64,000 nucleotides of DNA from the human T2T-CHM13v2.0 reference genome, Homo sapiens (GCF_009914755.1 NC_060947.1), one strand, 5' to 3'; shown: positions 44,831 through 62,392, numbered from the stretch's first letter. The notes: generated by a model not told the origin, from the sequence alone. Translations and numbers: made by a program.

Positions 44831-47038
44831 TTTTCTTCATTTTTTATTTTATCTTGATTAAATCTGGAAAATTATCCTTTTCTCCACTTTACATATGCAA
44901 GTATAGACCATGGGGTTTGGGAAACACTTTCAACTATGTGACTCTATACTTAGTCATGATAACATTGCAAGCAGTGGAGTGAGGGGGCAAAGTATAAGAC
45001 TCTGGAGATGATAAACCTCCCTGCCATAGTTTTCCCTCCATATCGCTCACCTGTGTAGAGAATGGTGCTAGAACCAGGTTACCTGAGCATTCACTCTCTA
45101 ATGTCATAAAAGCATCATTATTTTCCCTAACCTGGCCAATAAAGGTTTCCTCAATTTTTATGACCATGATATTGATGAGCAAATTTCCAAACTGGAGAAA
45201 GAGGAGGAAAAAATAATTGTACTACATAACTTTTTCACCTCTGTAAAGGCTTCCAAGGTGGCTTTTTAAAAATGACCTACCCTTTCTGAAAGCGCTAACA
45301 CGTCTTCACAAAAACAGTAAATCTTTAGCCAGTGAAGGTATACCACTTATCCTAATTCGTGAGTTGTTTATTAAAAGAAAAAAAAAACCTTAAACCTGTG
45401 CCTCTTGCAAACCCCAATAAATCATACTAAATATTCAGGGCAAGCAAATAGTTCCCAGAAAAGGTCAAGAAACTTTGGTTTTCCTTGGAGGGCTTGTGGC
45501 ATTGAAAGCCATGTTGGTTCTCAAGTCTAGTGTCTCAGCAGATTAACCATGAACTTGCAAGTGAAATGGTTTCTAGCGCTTCCCTCTGGTCTCTCTTTTC
45601 TTGAACTTCTGAAGCCTATCTTCCTTGATCTCATTTTTTCCTTAACTATACAGTTTTCATTCTCTCATTCAAGAAGGCACATACCAGTGTCATTTTTTTT
45701 CTGCAATTTTCCACCTTATAAAAAGAGATCAAGGCCAGCCATCACTCAATTCAAGATAATTGTTGTCATGAGGAAATGTAAGGAAGAGACTTAATAAAGT
45801 CTCTACATTTCTAAGAGAAGTGAGAATCTATATTTCTATTGATAACTGTTCATTTATAATTATGGACAAATTTAATTTTTCAGTTTGCCAAAGGCTGTGT
45901 TTAATATCTAGTCCAGGTCTAAATGGAAAAGACTCAATTATTTTTAAAGAGATTTTACAAACAAGTTAAAAAGTCTATATTTGCTTATATAGCTACTATT
46001 TCAGGTGTTCTTCATTCCTTTGTGCATATTCACATTTCTATCTGGTAACATTTTCTTTCGCCTGAAAGACTTCATTTAATATTTCCTGTATTGTAGTTCT
46101 GTTGGTAGTGAATTCCTTTTGCTATTGTGTGTCTGAGAAAATATTTTAAAATATTTTTATTTTGAAAAATTTCAAAGATACAGAGAAATAGAATAAATAG
46201 CAGAATAAACACTCATATATCAACATCGACATTTAACAATTATAAGAATTTACTATATTTGCTTCTTCTGATTTTGAAATATGCTAAAGTAAATTATAGA
46301 TATATTTTACTCCTAAATAATTTCTATATGCATCACTAACAAAAAGGACTTTTTTCCCCACATAACCACAGTACCATTATCATATCTAACAAAATTGGCA
46401 ATAATTCCCCAATATCCTTTAATGCCCTGTCTACGTTTAAATTTTCCTAATTGTACAAAAAATGTCTTTTACAATTGGCTTATTCAAACTATATTTTAAT
46501 CAAGAATTGTTTAATGGCTGTAATTCTTAAGTTTCTTCTAATCTAGAATGGTCCTGCTGGTCCCTCCAACTTTTTTTTCCTATGACATTGACTTGTTTCA
46601 GATATCAGGTCAGTTGTTCTGTGGAATGCCCCACCCTCTGGGTTTTTCTCATGGTTTCCTCATGATAGTTAACCCCCTGTATATGAACTACGGGGGACAA
46701 AGGATAGTTCCTCTGTCACCCGTATTTCATAAAATACAGATATTAGATCTAAAGGCTTGGTCTGGTTCTAGTTAAATTTTTTTTTTTCAAGAATAATTCA
46801 GAGGGAGTGGGGAGGTGGGATTTGAACCCATCTCTATGTAAGCCAAAGCATGTACTTAATTGCATTCTTAAAGTATTTTATGAATAAATCAGTGAGTTTT
46901 TGGACTGGGGCAAGTTACCTGTGCCCTTAATTAGACTTTACTTCTTCTTTGTATGCTTTTATAAAGAGTGTGAAATTCGAGATACAAGCCTCTATTTTCT
47001 TTTAATAGTACTGTGGTGGCTTTGAAAGTCACCCCTCA

Positions 47039-47338
47039 GACTGAGCATGGTGGCTCACGCCAGTAATCCCAGCACTTTGGGAGACTGAGGCAGGTGGATC
47101 GCTTGAGCCCAGAAGTTCGAGACAAGCATGGGCAACATGGTGAAAACCCATTTCTACAAAAAATACAAACATTAGCTGGGCGTGGTGGTGCGTGCCTGTA
47201 GTCTCACCTACTTGGGAGGCTGAGGTGGGAGGATCATTTGGGCCCAAGAGGTCAAGACTGCAGTGAGCCACGATTGTGCCACTGCACTCGAGTGTGGGCG
47301 ACAGAGCAAGACCCCACTAAAAAAAAAAAAAAAAAAAA
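47039..47338 (+). mobile_element. AluJ
   Basis: Dimer; TSD aaagtcacccctcag / aaagccacctctcag. Confidence 0.92.
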
Positions 47339-47344
47339 GCCACC

Positions 47345-47766
47345 TCTCAGATCTCTGAATTCAGGGAGCCTGACTGAATGATAAACTCAGTTGCTGAGCC
47401 CTGAAATCCTCTACTGCATTTGTGTGAGGCCAAATTTCCCATGGGCTGCTCTCAGCCAATGACAGCACAGCGAGGATACTAAAGCTTCGTCTCCTAGGAG
47501 ATGAAGAGCTCCTCCAAAGGGTGATTTTCTCTCAAGGATTCTGTTTGTCTTGCTGAAATTTTCTTAGAATTATACTGTAGTCTAAGAGTTTTCTTAACCA
47601 ATCCTCTTTCCTTCCCCCTTTCCTCCTCAAAGATCAGACCTATATTACTGTCTGACAGCTCTCCGAGCCTCTTAACGGCTCCCTTTGCCTCCATTTTCTC
47701 TCATAGGTGTTTTCTCCAATAAATCAATCTTGGTATCCTCTCCTTCCTGGGGGACTCAGACTAATA
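47345..47766 (+). mobile_element. LTR16-like (ERVL) solo LTR
   Basis: gggctgctctcagccaatgac...ctccaataaa...gactcagactaata; clearly related to 56703-57163. Confidence 0.6.
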
Positions 47767-50700
47767 GGTAACAATTCCCTAATGCATTGACACCTGCCAA
47801 ATTAAATTCTGGAAATAATATGAAACAACCAACCAAATAAATAGATAATACAAGGAGAATGATAGACTGCTAGAATGGAACTGTCAAATAGCAAGGTTAT
47901 TGTGTGCTTCAAATATCAATTTTTCAGGGGATGCTGCAATAATAATTTGGTTAGAGATATTAAATTAATATGCATATTAGCAACTCCTAACAGGTAGTTT
48001 CACTAAAATATTATTTGAAAATTGGAAAAAAAATGCAATGCCTTCTGGTTGGCACAGATTCTGGAAATAGTAAAATGAATGAAGGTCATGACTTTCTTTT
48101 TACTAAATTTTTTATTTTTGATTTTTGTGTACGTAGAATGTGTATAAGTTTATGGAGTGCGTGAAATACTTTGAAACAGACATGCAATATGTAATAATCA
48201 CATCCGGGTAAATGACATATCCATCTCTTCAAGCATTTCTCCTTAATGTTACAAATAATGCAATTGTGCTCTTTTAGTTATTTTAAAATGTACAATTAAA
48301 TTATTGACTATAGTCACCCTGGTGTGCTATGAAGTACTAGGTCTCATTCATTCTTTCCAAATACTATTTGTACCCATTAATCATCCCCACTTCCTCCCAA
48401 CACTACTCAATACCCTCCCCAGCCTCTGGTAACCATCCTTCTACTCTCTATATTCATAACCTGAATTGTTTTAATTTTTAGCTCCCACAAATGAGTGAGA
48501 ACATGTGTAGTTTGTCTTTCTGTGCCTGGCTTATTTCACTTAACATGATGACCTCCAGTTTTGTCCACGTTGTTGAAAGTCACAGGATATCATTCTTTTT
48601 TATGGCTGAATAATACTCCATTGTGTATGTGTACTATATTTTCTTTATCTATTCATATATTGATGGACACTTAGTTTGCTTCCAAATCTTAGCCATTGTG
48701 AACAGTGCTGCAACAAACATGGGAGTGCAGATATCTCTTCGATATACTGATTTCCTTTCTTTTATGTATATACCCAGTAGTGGGATTGCTGAATTGTACA
48801 GTAGCTCTTTTTTTAGTTTTTTGAGGAACCTCCACACTGTTCTCCATAGTGGTTGTACTATTTTACATTCCCACCAACAGTGTATGAGGGTTCCCTTTTC
48901 TCCATAACCTTACCAGCATTTGTTGTTGCCTGACTTTTGGATAAAGGCCATTTTAATTGGGCTGAGATATCTCATTGCTGTTTCAATTTGAATTTCTCTG
49001 ATGATCAGTGATGTTGAGTACCTTTTCACATATTTGTTTGATTTGTCTTTTTTTGAGAAATATCTATTCAGATCTGTAGCCCATTTTAAAGTCTAATTAT
49101 TAGAGTTTTTTTTCCTATAGAGTTCTTGGAGCTCTTTGTATATTCTGGTTATGAACCCCTTGTCAGATTGGTAATTTGCACATATTCTCTCCCATTATGT
49201 GGGATGTCTCTTCATATTGTTGATTGTTTACTTTGCTGTCCAGAAACTTTACAGCTTGATGTGATTCCATTTGTCCGTTTTTTTGCTTTGGGTTCCTGTG
49301 CTTGTGGGGTATTACTCAAGCAATTTTTGTCCAGACCAATGTCCTGGAGCATTTCCCCAAAGTTTTCTTATAGGAGTTTTGTAGTTTGAGGTCTTAGATT
49401 TAAGTCTTCAATCCCTTTTGATTTGATTTTTGCATATGGCAAGAGATGGGGTCTAGTTTATGGATATCCAGTTTTCCCAGCACCATTGATTGAAGAGGCT
49501 GTCTTTTCCCCAGTGTATGCTCTTGGTACCTTTGTCAAAAATAAGTCACTATAGGTGTGTAAATTTGGTTCTGGGTTCTCTATTCTGTTCCATTGGTCTA
49601 TGTGTCTGTTTTTATGCCAGTACCATGCTGTTTTGGTTACTGTAGCTCTGTAGTATAATTTGAAGTCAGGTATTGTAGTCAGGCAATGAAGTCTCTATTT
49701 TGTTTTTTTTTTTGTCAGGATAGCTTTGGCTATTCTGGGTCTTTTGTTGTTCCATATATATTTTAGGATTTTTTTTGCTATTTCTATGTCACTGGTATAT
49801 TGACAAGGATTGTATGGAATCTGTAGACTGTTTTGGGTAGTGTGGAAAATTTAAGAATATTGACTCTTCCAATCCATGAACATGGAATATCTCTTCATTT
49901 TTTTTTTTCATTTTACTATAATATTTGTTTCCTCCATTTCTTGCATCAGTATTTTATAGTATTCATTGTAGAGATCTTTCACTTTTTTTGCTAATTCCTA
50001 GGTGTTTCATTTTATTTGTGGCTATTGTAAATGGGATTACTTTTTCATTTCTATTTCAGATTGTTCACTGTTGGCATATAGAAATGCTACTGATTTTTGT
50101 ATGTTGATTTTGTGTCCTGCAACTTTACTGAATTTGTTTATGAGTTCTAACGGATTTTGGGTGGAGTCTTTCATTTTTTCCAAATGTAAGATCATACCAT
50201 CTGGAAACAAGGATACAAAATTCTTGGCTGGCAATCATTTTGTTTGAGGAGGCTAAAGACAGGACCCTAATCCCTTCGGGCTTGTAGCGTTTCTGCTGAG
50301 AAATCTGCTGTTAATTTGATCAGTTTTCCTTTATAGGTTACCTGAAGATTTTGACTCACAGCTCTTAAGATTCTTTTCTACATTTTGACTTCAGATAACC
50401 TGATCACTATATGTCTAGGTGAGATCTTTTTGTTATAAATTTCTCAAGTGTTCTTTGAGCTTCTTGTATTTGGATGTCCAGGTCTCTAGCAAGGCCAGGG
50501 ACAGTTTCCTCAATTATTACCTCAAATATGTTTTCCAAACTTTTAGATTTCTCTTTTTCCTCAGGAACACCAATTATTCTTATGTCTGGCCATTTAACAT
50601 AATGCCAAATTTCTTGGAGGCTTTGTTAATTTTTTTGGGTTCTTTTTTCTTTGTCTTTGTCTGATTGGGTTAATTAAAAGACCTTGTCTTTGAGCTCTGA

Positions 50701-52796
50701 AGTTGTTTCTTCTACTTGTTTGATTCTATTGTTGAAACTTTTCAGTGCATTTTGTATTTCTCTAAGTCTGTCTTTCATTTCCAGAAGTTGTGGTTGCTTT
50801 TTCGTTATGATATATATTGCTCTGGAGCATTTTCCATCCATATCCTGTATTTTTTTTTTTTTAATTTTAAGTTGGTTTTCACCCTTCTCTGGTATCTCCT
50901 TGAGTAACTTAATAATTGGCTTTCTCAATTCTTTATCTGGCAATTCAGAGATTTCTTCTTGGTTTGGATCCATTGCTGGAGAACAAGTGTGGTCTTTTGG
51001 GCATGTTATAGAACATTGTTTTGTCATATTACCAGAATTACTTTTCTGTTTCCTTCTCATTTAGGTAGATTATTTCAGTGGTAAATTCTGGAACTGAAGG
51101 GCTGCTGTTCAGATTCTTTTGTCCTGCAGAGTTATCCCTTAATGTGATACACTTCCATTTTCCCTAGGCATGGGGCTTCCTAAGAGTCAGACTGCAATGA
51201 TTGTTATTGGTCTTCTGGGTCTGGCCACCCAGGGGGCTACCAGGATCTGGGCTGGTGCTGGGGATTGTCTGAAAAGAGTCCTGTGATGCAATCTGTCTTC
51301 ATGTCTCCCATCCCTGGATACCAGCACCTGCTATGGTGGAGGTGGCAGGGAAGCAAAGTAGACTCTGTGAGAATTCTTGGTTTCAAATATGTTTAGTGTG
51401 CTGACTTTCTCAAGTGTTGGTTATGCTGGCAGTGAAGTTGTCACGTGGACAGACTGAGGACCACTGGTTAGCCAGGATGTTGCAGGCAGTGGAATTAGCT
51501 GTTGTTTTCTCCTTCCTCGGAACAGGTTTGTTCTGAGTTGCTGCAATGTCCTGAGTTGGTTTGCCTCCAGCCAGGAGGTGGCGCTTTCAAGAGAGCACCA
51601 GAGTTTTTTGCCTGTCTCATGGAATTTGCAGTGTCCTGCTATTTCTTTCAAAGGATCTGTGATTTTTTTCAGTTTTCCTGGTATGCTCCAGTGGTGGTTC
51701 CTGGAGCAAAAGTCAATGGTGTGAGACTCTACACACTGTTCTGTCCATCCAAGTGGGAGCTGCATATCAGCCCTGTCTCCTATCCACCATCTTTCCTTTT
51801 GCCTCTCTGTGTTTTTCTTTGTGCTTACTAGTACAAGTGCATTTTATACCTTCTGATGATTTCTTATTGCTCATTAACATCCCTTTCCTTCAGACTGAAG
51901 AACTCCCTTGAGCATTTCTCATAGGACAGGTCTGGTGTTCATAAAATCCCTCAGCTTTTGTTTGTCTGGGAAAGTCTTTATTTCTCCTTTTGCTTGAGGA
52001 CATTTTTGCCAGATACACTATTCCAGAGTAAAACTATTTTTTTTTCATATAGCACATTAAATATGCCATGCCGCTCTCTCCTGGCCTGTAAGGTTTCCAC
52101 TGAAAAGTCTGCTGCCAGACACATCAGAGCTCCATTGTATGTTATTTGCTTCTTTTCAGGTGGTCCTTTTAGGAGGCTTTCTTTATCCTTAACCTTTGGG
52201 AATTTGACTATTAAATGCTTTGAGGTAGTCTTCTTTGGGTTAAATCTGCTTGGTGTTCTATAACCTTCTTGTACTTGAATGTTGATATCTTTCTCTAGGT
52301 TTGGAAAGTTCTCTGTTATTAACCCTTGGAATAAACTTTCTACCCCATCTCTTTTTTTACCTCCTATTTTAGGCCAATAACTCTTAGATTTGCCTTTTTG
52401 AGGCTATATTCTATCTCTTTTAGGCATGCTTTATTTTTTTCTTTTGTCTCCTCTGACTGTATATTTTCAAATAGCTTGTCTTCAAGCTCACTAATTCTTT
52501 CTTCTGTTTGATCAGTTCTGCTAATAAAAGACTGATGAATTCTTCAGTAGGTCAGTTGCATTTTTCAACTGCAGAATTTCTGCTTGATTCTTTAAATTAT
52601 TCAAATCTCTTTGTTAAATTCGTCTGATGGAATTCTGAATTCCTTCTCTGTGTTATATTGAATTTCTTTGAGTTTCCTTGAATTATCTATTTTGAATTGT
52701 CTATCTGAAAGGTCACATATCTCTTTTTCTCTAGGATTGATCCCTGGTGCCTTATTTAGTTTCTTTTGTGATATTGTGTATTTCTTGTGGTCTTGA

Positions 52797-53393
<597 letters not shown>

Positions 53394-54941
53394 TGAGCCT
53401 CCTGGAGCTGGGTGTGGGGTAATGCAGGAACTCCTGTGGCCACCACCACTGGGCCTATACTGGGTCAGACCTGAAGCCAGCACAGCACTGAGTCTCTTCC
53501 AGCACCCGCTGTAACCACTACCTGGCTACTGCCTATGTTTACTCAAGGCCCTTGGGCTCTCCAGTCAGCAAGTATGGGAGCCTACCGAGTTTGTGTCCTT
53601 CCCTTCATGGCACTGAGTTTTCCCAGGCTCTGAGTGGGTCCAGTGATGCTGTCCCAGAGTCAGGGGTTGGAGTAAAAAACCTCAGAAGGCTGCCTTGTGT
53701 TCTATTCTACCATAGCTAATCTGGCCCTCAAACCACAAGACAAAGTTTTTCCTGCCCTTCTCTTCCTTTTCCACAAGTAGAGGACCTCTCCCAGTGGCCA
53801 CCACTATCATTGGCCCATGGGGAATTCTGCCAGGCCACCGCCGATGTTCACTTAAAGCCCAAGGGCTCTTCAGTCAGCTTGTGGTGAGTACTTCCAGGCC
53901 TGGGACTCACCTTTCAGGGCAGTGGGCTCCCTTCTGGCCCAGTGCAGCTCCAGAAATGCTGTCAAAGATCAAAGGCTTGGACTTGGGAAGCCCGAGTCCT
54001 CTTGGTGCTCTACCTCACTGTGGCTGAGCTGGTACCTAAGGTGCAAGACAAAGTGCCCTTTACTTTTCACTCTGATTTTCTTAAGCAGGAGTCTTTCACC
54101 ATAGCTGGGAATGTGTTGGCTCTCACCTGAAGCCAGCACATCTCAGAATCTCAACCAAGGCCTATGGCATCCTACCTGGGTATCACTGCTGATTATTTAG
54201 GATCCAAGGGCTCTTTAGTAAGCAGCTGATGGGACTCAGTCAAGACTGCATCCTTCTCTTCAAGGCAACAGGTTCCCTTCTGGCCTAGGGTTTGTCTAGA
54301 CATGACATCCAGGTGCTAGGGCCCAGAATGGGGACCTCATGACTCTGCCCAGTGCCCTATCTGATTGTGGCTGAGTTCTTATTCAAGATGCAAGACAAAG
54401 TCCTCTTTACTCTTCACTCTTCTCTCCTCAAGTAGAAGGAAGGAGTCACTTTCTTTGCTGCCAGCTATGCTGCCTGAGATAGGGGAAGGGGTGGTTCAAG
54501 CACTCTCTTAGCTGCCCCAGCTGTTGTCTCCCTAGGTCATGTGACACCCTAGTCCACTGGCTCTAAGCCCAGCCCACTACCATGAGTTGCCTAGGAAGTG
54601 CAGTACTTGTATCTTAGGCTACCTTTCAAGTTTACCTAGGACTGCAGAGCACTTTAGCTGACAGTGGTAAGGCTTGCTGTGAAACTCAAGTTCTGATCCC
54701 TGGGATGGACAATTCCACTCTGACTGTGGCTGGTCCAAAAGTTCCCTCCATGGGCAGGCACCAGTTGAACCCAGCACAGCTTTGCTGTCTGCTGTGGCAG
54801 TGCAGCACTGAGTTCAATGCCAAGTCCCCTAGTCACTACACTCTCCCTCCCCCAAGTGCACAGATTCTCTCTCCATGCCCTGTGGCTACTGCCACGGGAT
54901 TGAAAAGGGGTAGCATCAGCAATTCAAGAATGTCTTCCCTA

Positions 54942-55566
<625 letters not shown>

Positions 55567-56702
55567 TCACTGGAGGCTTCTATTTGGCTGTCTTGCTCTA
55601 CCTTCATGACTTTTTAATATAGGGAATCATTTTTCATGGTTGAAAGAGTTTCACAATAAAAGATAATTTTCTCTATTCTGGGCTAGAGAAGGTACATATA
55701 TTTTAGAGTTTAAAGCTGTATTCTATATAGTATTATAACTTTTGGGCAACTGTACGGTGGTGGTCTGGAAGGAAGAAGAGGGAGGAGGGAAGGAAGATGT
55801 AATATAAATGTCTGATGTGGCATTTGGATGGGAACCAAACACCAAATTCTCTATGTAGATGAATTGGTAACATTTGGATTTTCAAAGCATATTATAAGAT
55901 CAGATTAAACTTCTCAGTAGCCACACATAAAAAAGATACAGTTGCTTCTGTAAGTTTTAATTTTAAACAATTCATAGAAAAGTAAAATAAAATATTTATT
56001 GAGTAGCCTACTGCGTGCTACAGTTTGAGAGGAAGTAGGATTATTGCAGAGTTCAAGATAGGCACAGAAAGATGTTTGTGTGTTAGACTTTACTTGTCCA
56101 TGGCCCTGCTGTGCTATTTCTGTACTTAAAGAAAAATGGAATTTCAGAGTAGAAATGTTCAATTAACTGTTAAACACCCTCATCAATTAAGAGATCATTT
56201 CCAAATCTGATGGATGAGTTCAAAATATCCAATTATTCTAATCATCAGGCGGAAGAACAGTCCAACTCCCAAGGAGAAAAGAGCAGATAAACATGTAAAT
56301 GAACTCACAAATCTTTTAGAAATACTCTGCCTGGAATGGCTGAATATTAATATACAAAGTTTTCCATGTGTTAAGTGAAGAGCTGAATTACAGCGAGCAA
56401 TGCGACATTCAGTGATAACCTAATTCTATTTTATTTTGTAATATTTTTCAATACGTGCTAGATTATAAGAGTAAAACACTGGGAACGCAGCCAGGACATG
56501 AAAAAGTCTGTGGAAAGCTCCAAAGACTAGGTCTCATAGCTGTTATAAGGCTTGGCAAGTACCACAATTGCGCATCCATTTTCCCTTTTCTACACAGAGC
56601 TCGGTTTTCTTTTTTATACTGTCTCTATTCACTAGGACATTATAATATCAAACCCAGGCCAAAAGTCACCGGCACCAGAAAGCCTTCCCTGACCCTTAAT
56701 AC

Positions 56703-57163
56703 TTGTTGTGACCAGGAGGACTATACCTTAAGGACTTTACAGGGGACATAATTGACTAAGGGTCCCAGCTACTGTGCTCCGAAATTCATCTCCATGTTTG
56801 CTTCAAGGTAACACATCTTACAGGGTGCTCCCAGTCAATGATTGAAGATATCCGAGTTGCTAAAGCAGACTTATTCCTGGGAGACATTGCTCTTACCTGT
56901 TGCTAACTTTGGCTTGAAGTGTCCCCAACAATGGCTTTGTCAAACCACTTTTGGGCTGCATGGCCGTCTAGGGTGGTACCACCCAACCTTTTCTCCTTCT
57001 CTCCTTCATTCATGTTAGACTTACATCATGGTCTAATGACTCTCCCAGACTTTTTTTTTGGCTCTCTTCCTATTTTCTCTCATAAAGGAATTTCCTCTAA
57101 CAAAATACATGCTCCTTTAATCCTGTCTTGGCGTAGTCTTTTCAGACGACCTGAACTAAGACA
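56703..57163 (+). mobile_element. LTR16-like (ERVL) solo LTR
   Basis: Starts with tgt and ends cctgaactaagaca; contains gggtgctcccagtcaatga. Confidence 0.6.
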
Positions 57164-57506
57164 ACCCTCCATTCTCTAAGTTACCTCTACAGTTGCCTTC
57201 TATAATTGCCATTGTTTCATTGTCTTGATTGGCCATTATTTTTTGTTCACATGTGTCTTCCATGCTATATTGTGAGATCCTGGATTGCAGGATTTGTTTT
57301 GTCTTATGATTCTCTCCCTCGTATTTAGCATGCATTAGGTACATAATCAACGTTTTTAGAGTGAATGATGAATATATAAAGACATAGTTGTTAGGAGCCA
57401 CTGAATCAGACAGGTGTGATTTCAAATCCCGACTCTGACACTTTAGTAGCCCTGTGACCTTGGACGTGTAAGTTATTTTACTTCCCTGTTCCTCTCTTTC
57501 TCATCA

Positions 57507-57863
<357 letters not shown>

Positions 57864-58212
57864 CTATATGAAATAGGTTATATTCAGTCTTTTTTGAGTT
57901 ATAAAGTTAGCAATTTCTGTATGATTCAACCTAACATTTATTATATAGTTTTGTTTGAGAATTAAAATGAAAGGGTATGTAAATTGCAAACTCTAGAAAC
58001 TGGCCTCTGTAAGACCTTATTGAAGGTTATCAGTTGTTGTTGTTTTGGGGGTTACCATTGTCATTTTTAGCTCTAGGGCAGTGTTGTGAATGTATTACTT
58101 CAGTGAAATGTCACCCCGTTCCACAGGGTGAAGTAGGGGTGTGAATCACTGCTCATATTCCATTTTTAGACAATAGAGAGATACAATGTTCATTATCATC
58201 TAGCAGTGCATT

Positions 58213-58358
58213 CTTTTTCTTCTTTTTTCTTTTTTTCTGTAGGGAAGGGGGTCTCACTTTGTTGCCCAGGCTGGTCTTGAACTCCTGGGCTCAAGTAATA
58301 CACCTGCCTCAGCCTCCCAAAGTGCTGGGATTACAGACGTGAGCCACTGTACCCAGCC
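58213..58358 (-). mobile_element. Alu monomer (FLAM-like)
   Basis: Single arm; TSD ctagcagtgcat / ctagcactgcat. Confidence 0.85.
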
Positions 58359-58753
58359 TAGCACTGCATGATTAAAAGGACAATATTAAAGAAACAACGT
58401 TGTCCCCATTGAGGTGAATATTGTATTTTATTTTATTGTTTTGAGGTAAAAATTCACAAAACTTAAAATTTACCATTTTAATAATTTTAAGTGTATAATT
58501 AAGTGATGTTTAGTATATTCACAGTGTTGTGCAATTATCACCACTCTCTAATTTATAATATTCTCATCACCCCCAAAAGAAACCCTATACCCATTGGCAT
58601 ACACTCCCCATTTTCCTCTTTCCTCAGTTCCTGGCAACCACTAGTCTACTTTCTGTTCCTATTGATTTGCTATTCTGGACATTTCATATAAATGGAATCA
58701 TAGAATATGTGACCTTATGTATTTGGCTTCTTTCATTTAGTATGATACTTCCT

Positions 58754-59010
58754 TTTTTTTTTTTTTTTGAGACGATCTTGGCTTGCTGCAACCTCCACCT
58801 CCAGGGTTCAAGCGATTCTCCTGCCTCAGCCTCCCAAGTAGCTGGGATTATAGGCATGTACCACCACGCCTAGCTAATTTTTGTATTGTTAGTAGAGACG
58901 GGTTTTCGTCATGTTGGCCAGGCTAGTCTGGAGCTCCTGACCTCAGGTGATCCACCCACCTAGGGCCCCCAGAGTGCTGGAATTACAGATGTGAGCTACT
59001 GCATCCGGCC
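58754..59010 (-). mobile_element. AluS with about 40 bp deleted near its 3' end
   Basis: ttttgagacg joins directly to atcttggct; the usual gagtctcgctctgtcgcccaggctggagtgcagtgg is absent. Confidence 0.88.
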
Positions 59011-59424
59011 TAGCAAGATATTTTCAAGGTTCACGCATCTTGTAGCCTGTATCAGTACTTCATTCTTTTTATGGCTGAATAGAATTCTATTTTATAGACC
59101 GCATTTTGTCTATCCAGTCATCAGTTGATGGATTATTTGGATTGCTTCCACTTTTGGCTACTACAAATAATGGTTCTATCACCCTTTGCATACAAGTTTT
59201 TCTGTGAACACATATTTTCAGTTTTCTTGGGTATATACCTAGGAATGGAATTACTGGCTCATATGCTAACTTTAAAATTAACTTTTTGAGGAATTGTCAA
59301 ACTTTCCCAGAGCAGCCATATCATCCTACATTCCACTAGCAATGTACGAAGGTACCAGTTTCTCCCCATCTTCACCAATACTTGTTATTTTCTCTTTTCT
59401 TCTTCTTCTTTTATAAAAAAATTA

Positions 59425-60212
<788 letters not shown>

Positions 60213-61061
60213 AAAAAAATTACAGCCATCCTAATGAACGTAGAGTAGTATTTCATTGTGACTTTGATTGGCATTTCTCTAATGACTAATGATGTTGAGA
60301 ATATTTTCATGTACTTATTAGCTATTTGTATATAAATGGAGAAATGTCCACTCAAATCCTTTGCCCATTTTTATTTTTTTTTGGTCATTTTATTTTGAGG
60401 TGTAAATGTTGCTTATACAGCCTATATACAAGTTTTTAAGATTATATATGTGATATGCAAATATTTTCTTCCATTCTGTGGGTTGTCTTTACACTCTCTT
60501 GATAATGTTCTTTGTTGCACAAAAGTTTTTAGTTATGATGAAGTCCACTTTATCTAATTTTTCATTTGTTGCCTGTTTTGAATGGCATATTTTAAAAACC
60601 ATTGATTAAGGTCATAAAGATATATCCCTATGTTTCCTTCTAAAGTTTTAATATATTTAGTTCTTAAATTTAGGTTTCTAGTCTATTTTGGGTTAATTTT
60701 TATATATGGTGTGAATAGGGATCCAAATTCATTCTTTTACATGTAGATATCTTGTTAACTCAGTACTTTTTGTTGAAAAGTCTATTTTTCCCCATTGAGG
60801 GAATTTCATACAATTGTTGAAAATTAATTGACCATAGATGTATGGGTGTATTTCTGGACTGTCAATTCTATTCCACTGATCTATGTGTTAATTATTATGC
60901 CAGTACTCCACAATACGCTTTACTGTATCTTTGTAATAAGTTTTGAAATTGGGAAGTGTGAGTGAGTCCTTGGAATTTGTTCTCCTTTTTCAAGATTTTT
61001 TTGGCTCTTAGAGGCCCCTTGCATTTCCATAAGAATGTTATGGAATGTTAAGAATGTTACG

Positions 61062-61362
61062 GGCCAAGTGCAGTGGCTCATGCCTGTAACCCCAGTGGTT
61101 TGTGAGGCTGAGGCCAGAAGATCACTTGAGGCCAGGAGTTTGAGACCAGCTTGGGCAACATAGTGAGACCCTGTCTCTACAAAAAATAAAAACAGCCAGG
61201 CATGGTGGTGCATGCCTGTAGTCCTAGATACTCATGAAGCTAAGGCAGGAGGATTGCTTGAGCCTGGAAATTCAAGGTCGCAGTGAGCCATGATCACACC
61301 ACTGCACTCCAGACTGGGTAACAGAACAAAACCCTGTCTCTGAAAGAAAAAAAAAAAAAAAA
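61062..61362 (+). mobile_element. AluJ
   Basis: Diverged dimer with poly(A). Confidence 0.9.
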
Positions 61363-62392
61363 GAATCTTATGACTAATGTATTCATTTATTCAAAAAAGG
61401 CACCTAGGATATTTTGGCAGAGATTGGTGGACTCTGTAGATAATATGGGGGGAGTATTACCATCCTAACAATAAAGTCTTTTAATCTGTGGACGTGGGAT
61501 ATGCTTCCATTTATTTAGGTCTCCTTTAATTTTTTTCAATAATGTTTTGTAGTTTTCAGTGTACAAGTCTTACACTTGTTCTGTTAAATTTAGTCCTAAG
61601 TTTTTTTTCTTTTTGATGCTATTGTAAATGGAATTATTTTCTAAAATTCATTTTCAGATTGTTCATTGCTAGTGAATAGAAATACAAATGATTTTTGTAT
61701 GTTGATCTTATATCTTGCAACTTTCCTAAATTCATTTATTAGCTCTAATTTTTTTTTTAATTTTGGTGTGGATTCTTGAGGTTTTTCTCAATATAAAATT
61801 ATGTCATCTGTGAATATAAATAGTTTCACTTTTTCCTTTCTTATGTGGATTTATTTTCTCTCTTTTTCTTATCTAATTGTTCTGGAAAGAACTTTCAGTA
61901 CAATGTCAAAGTGACAAATCAGACATCCTTGTCTTGTTTCTTATCTTAGGGGAAAAGCATTTAGTGCTTTAACCTTGAGTATAATTTTAGCTGTTAATAG
62001 GGTTTTTCATAGATGGCCTTTACTGAATTGAGGTTCTCTTCTATTCCTAATTTATGGAGCGTTTTTACCAATAAAGGGTCTTAGATTTTTACCAAATGTT
62101 TTGTTGTACATCTATTGAGATTATTGTGTTTTTTCCTTTATTAATAGGATATATTACATTGATTGGTTTTAATATGGTGACCCAATATGATAAATCCCAC
62201 TTATTTATGGTGTGTAATCTTTTTTATATGTTGTTGGATTTGGTTTGCTAGTATTTTGTTGAGGATTTTGTGTCTATTCATAAGGATTCTGGTCTGTAGT
62301 TTTATTTTCTTGTAATCTCTTTGGCATTAGCATTAGGGTAATACTGGCTTCATATTAGTAAGTGTTCTCTGCTCTTCTATTTTCTTTTACTA

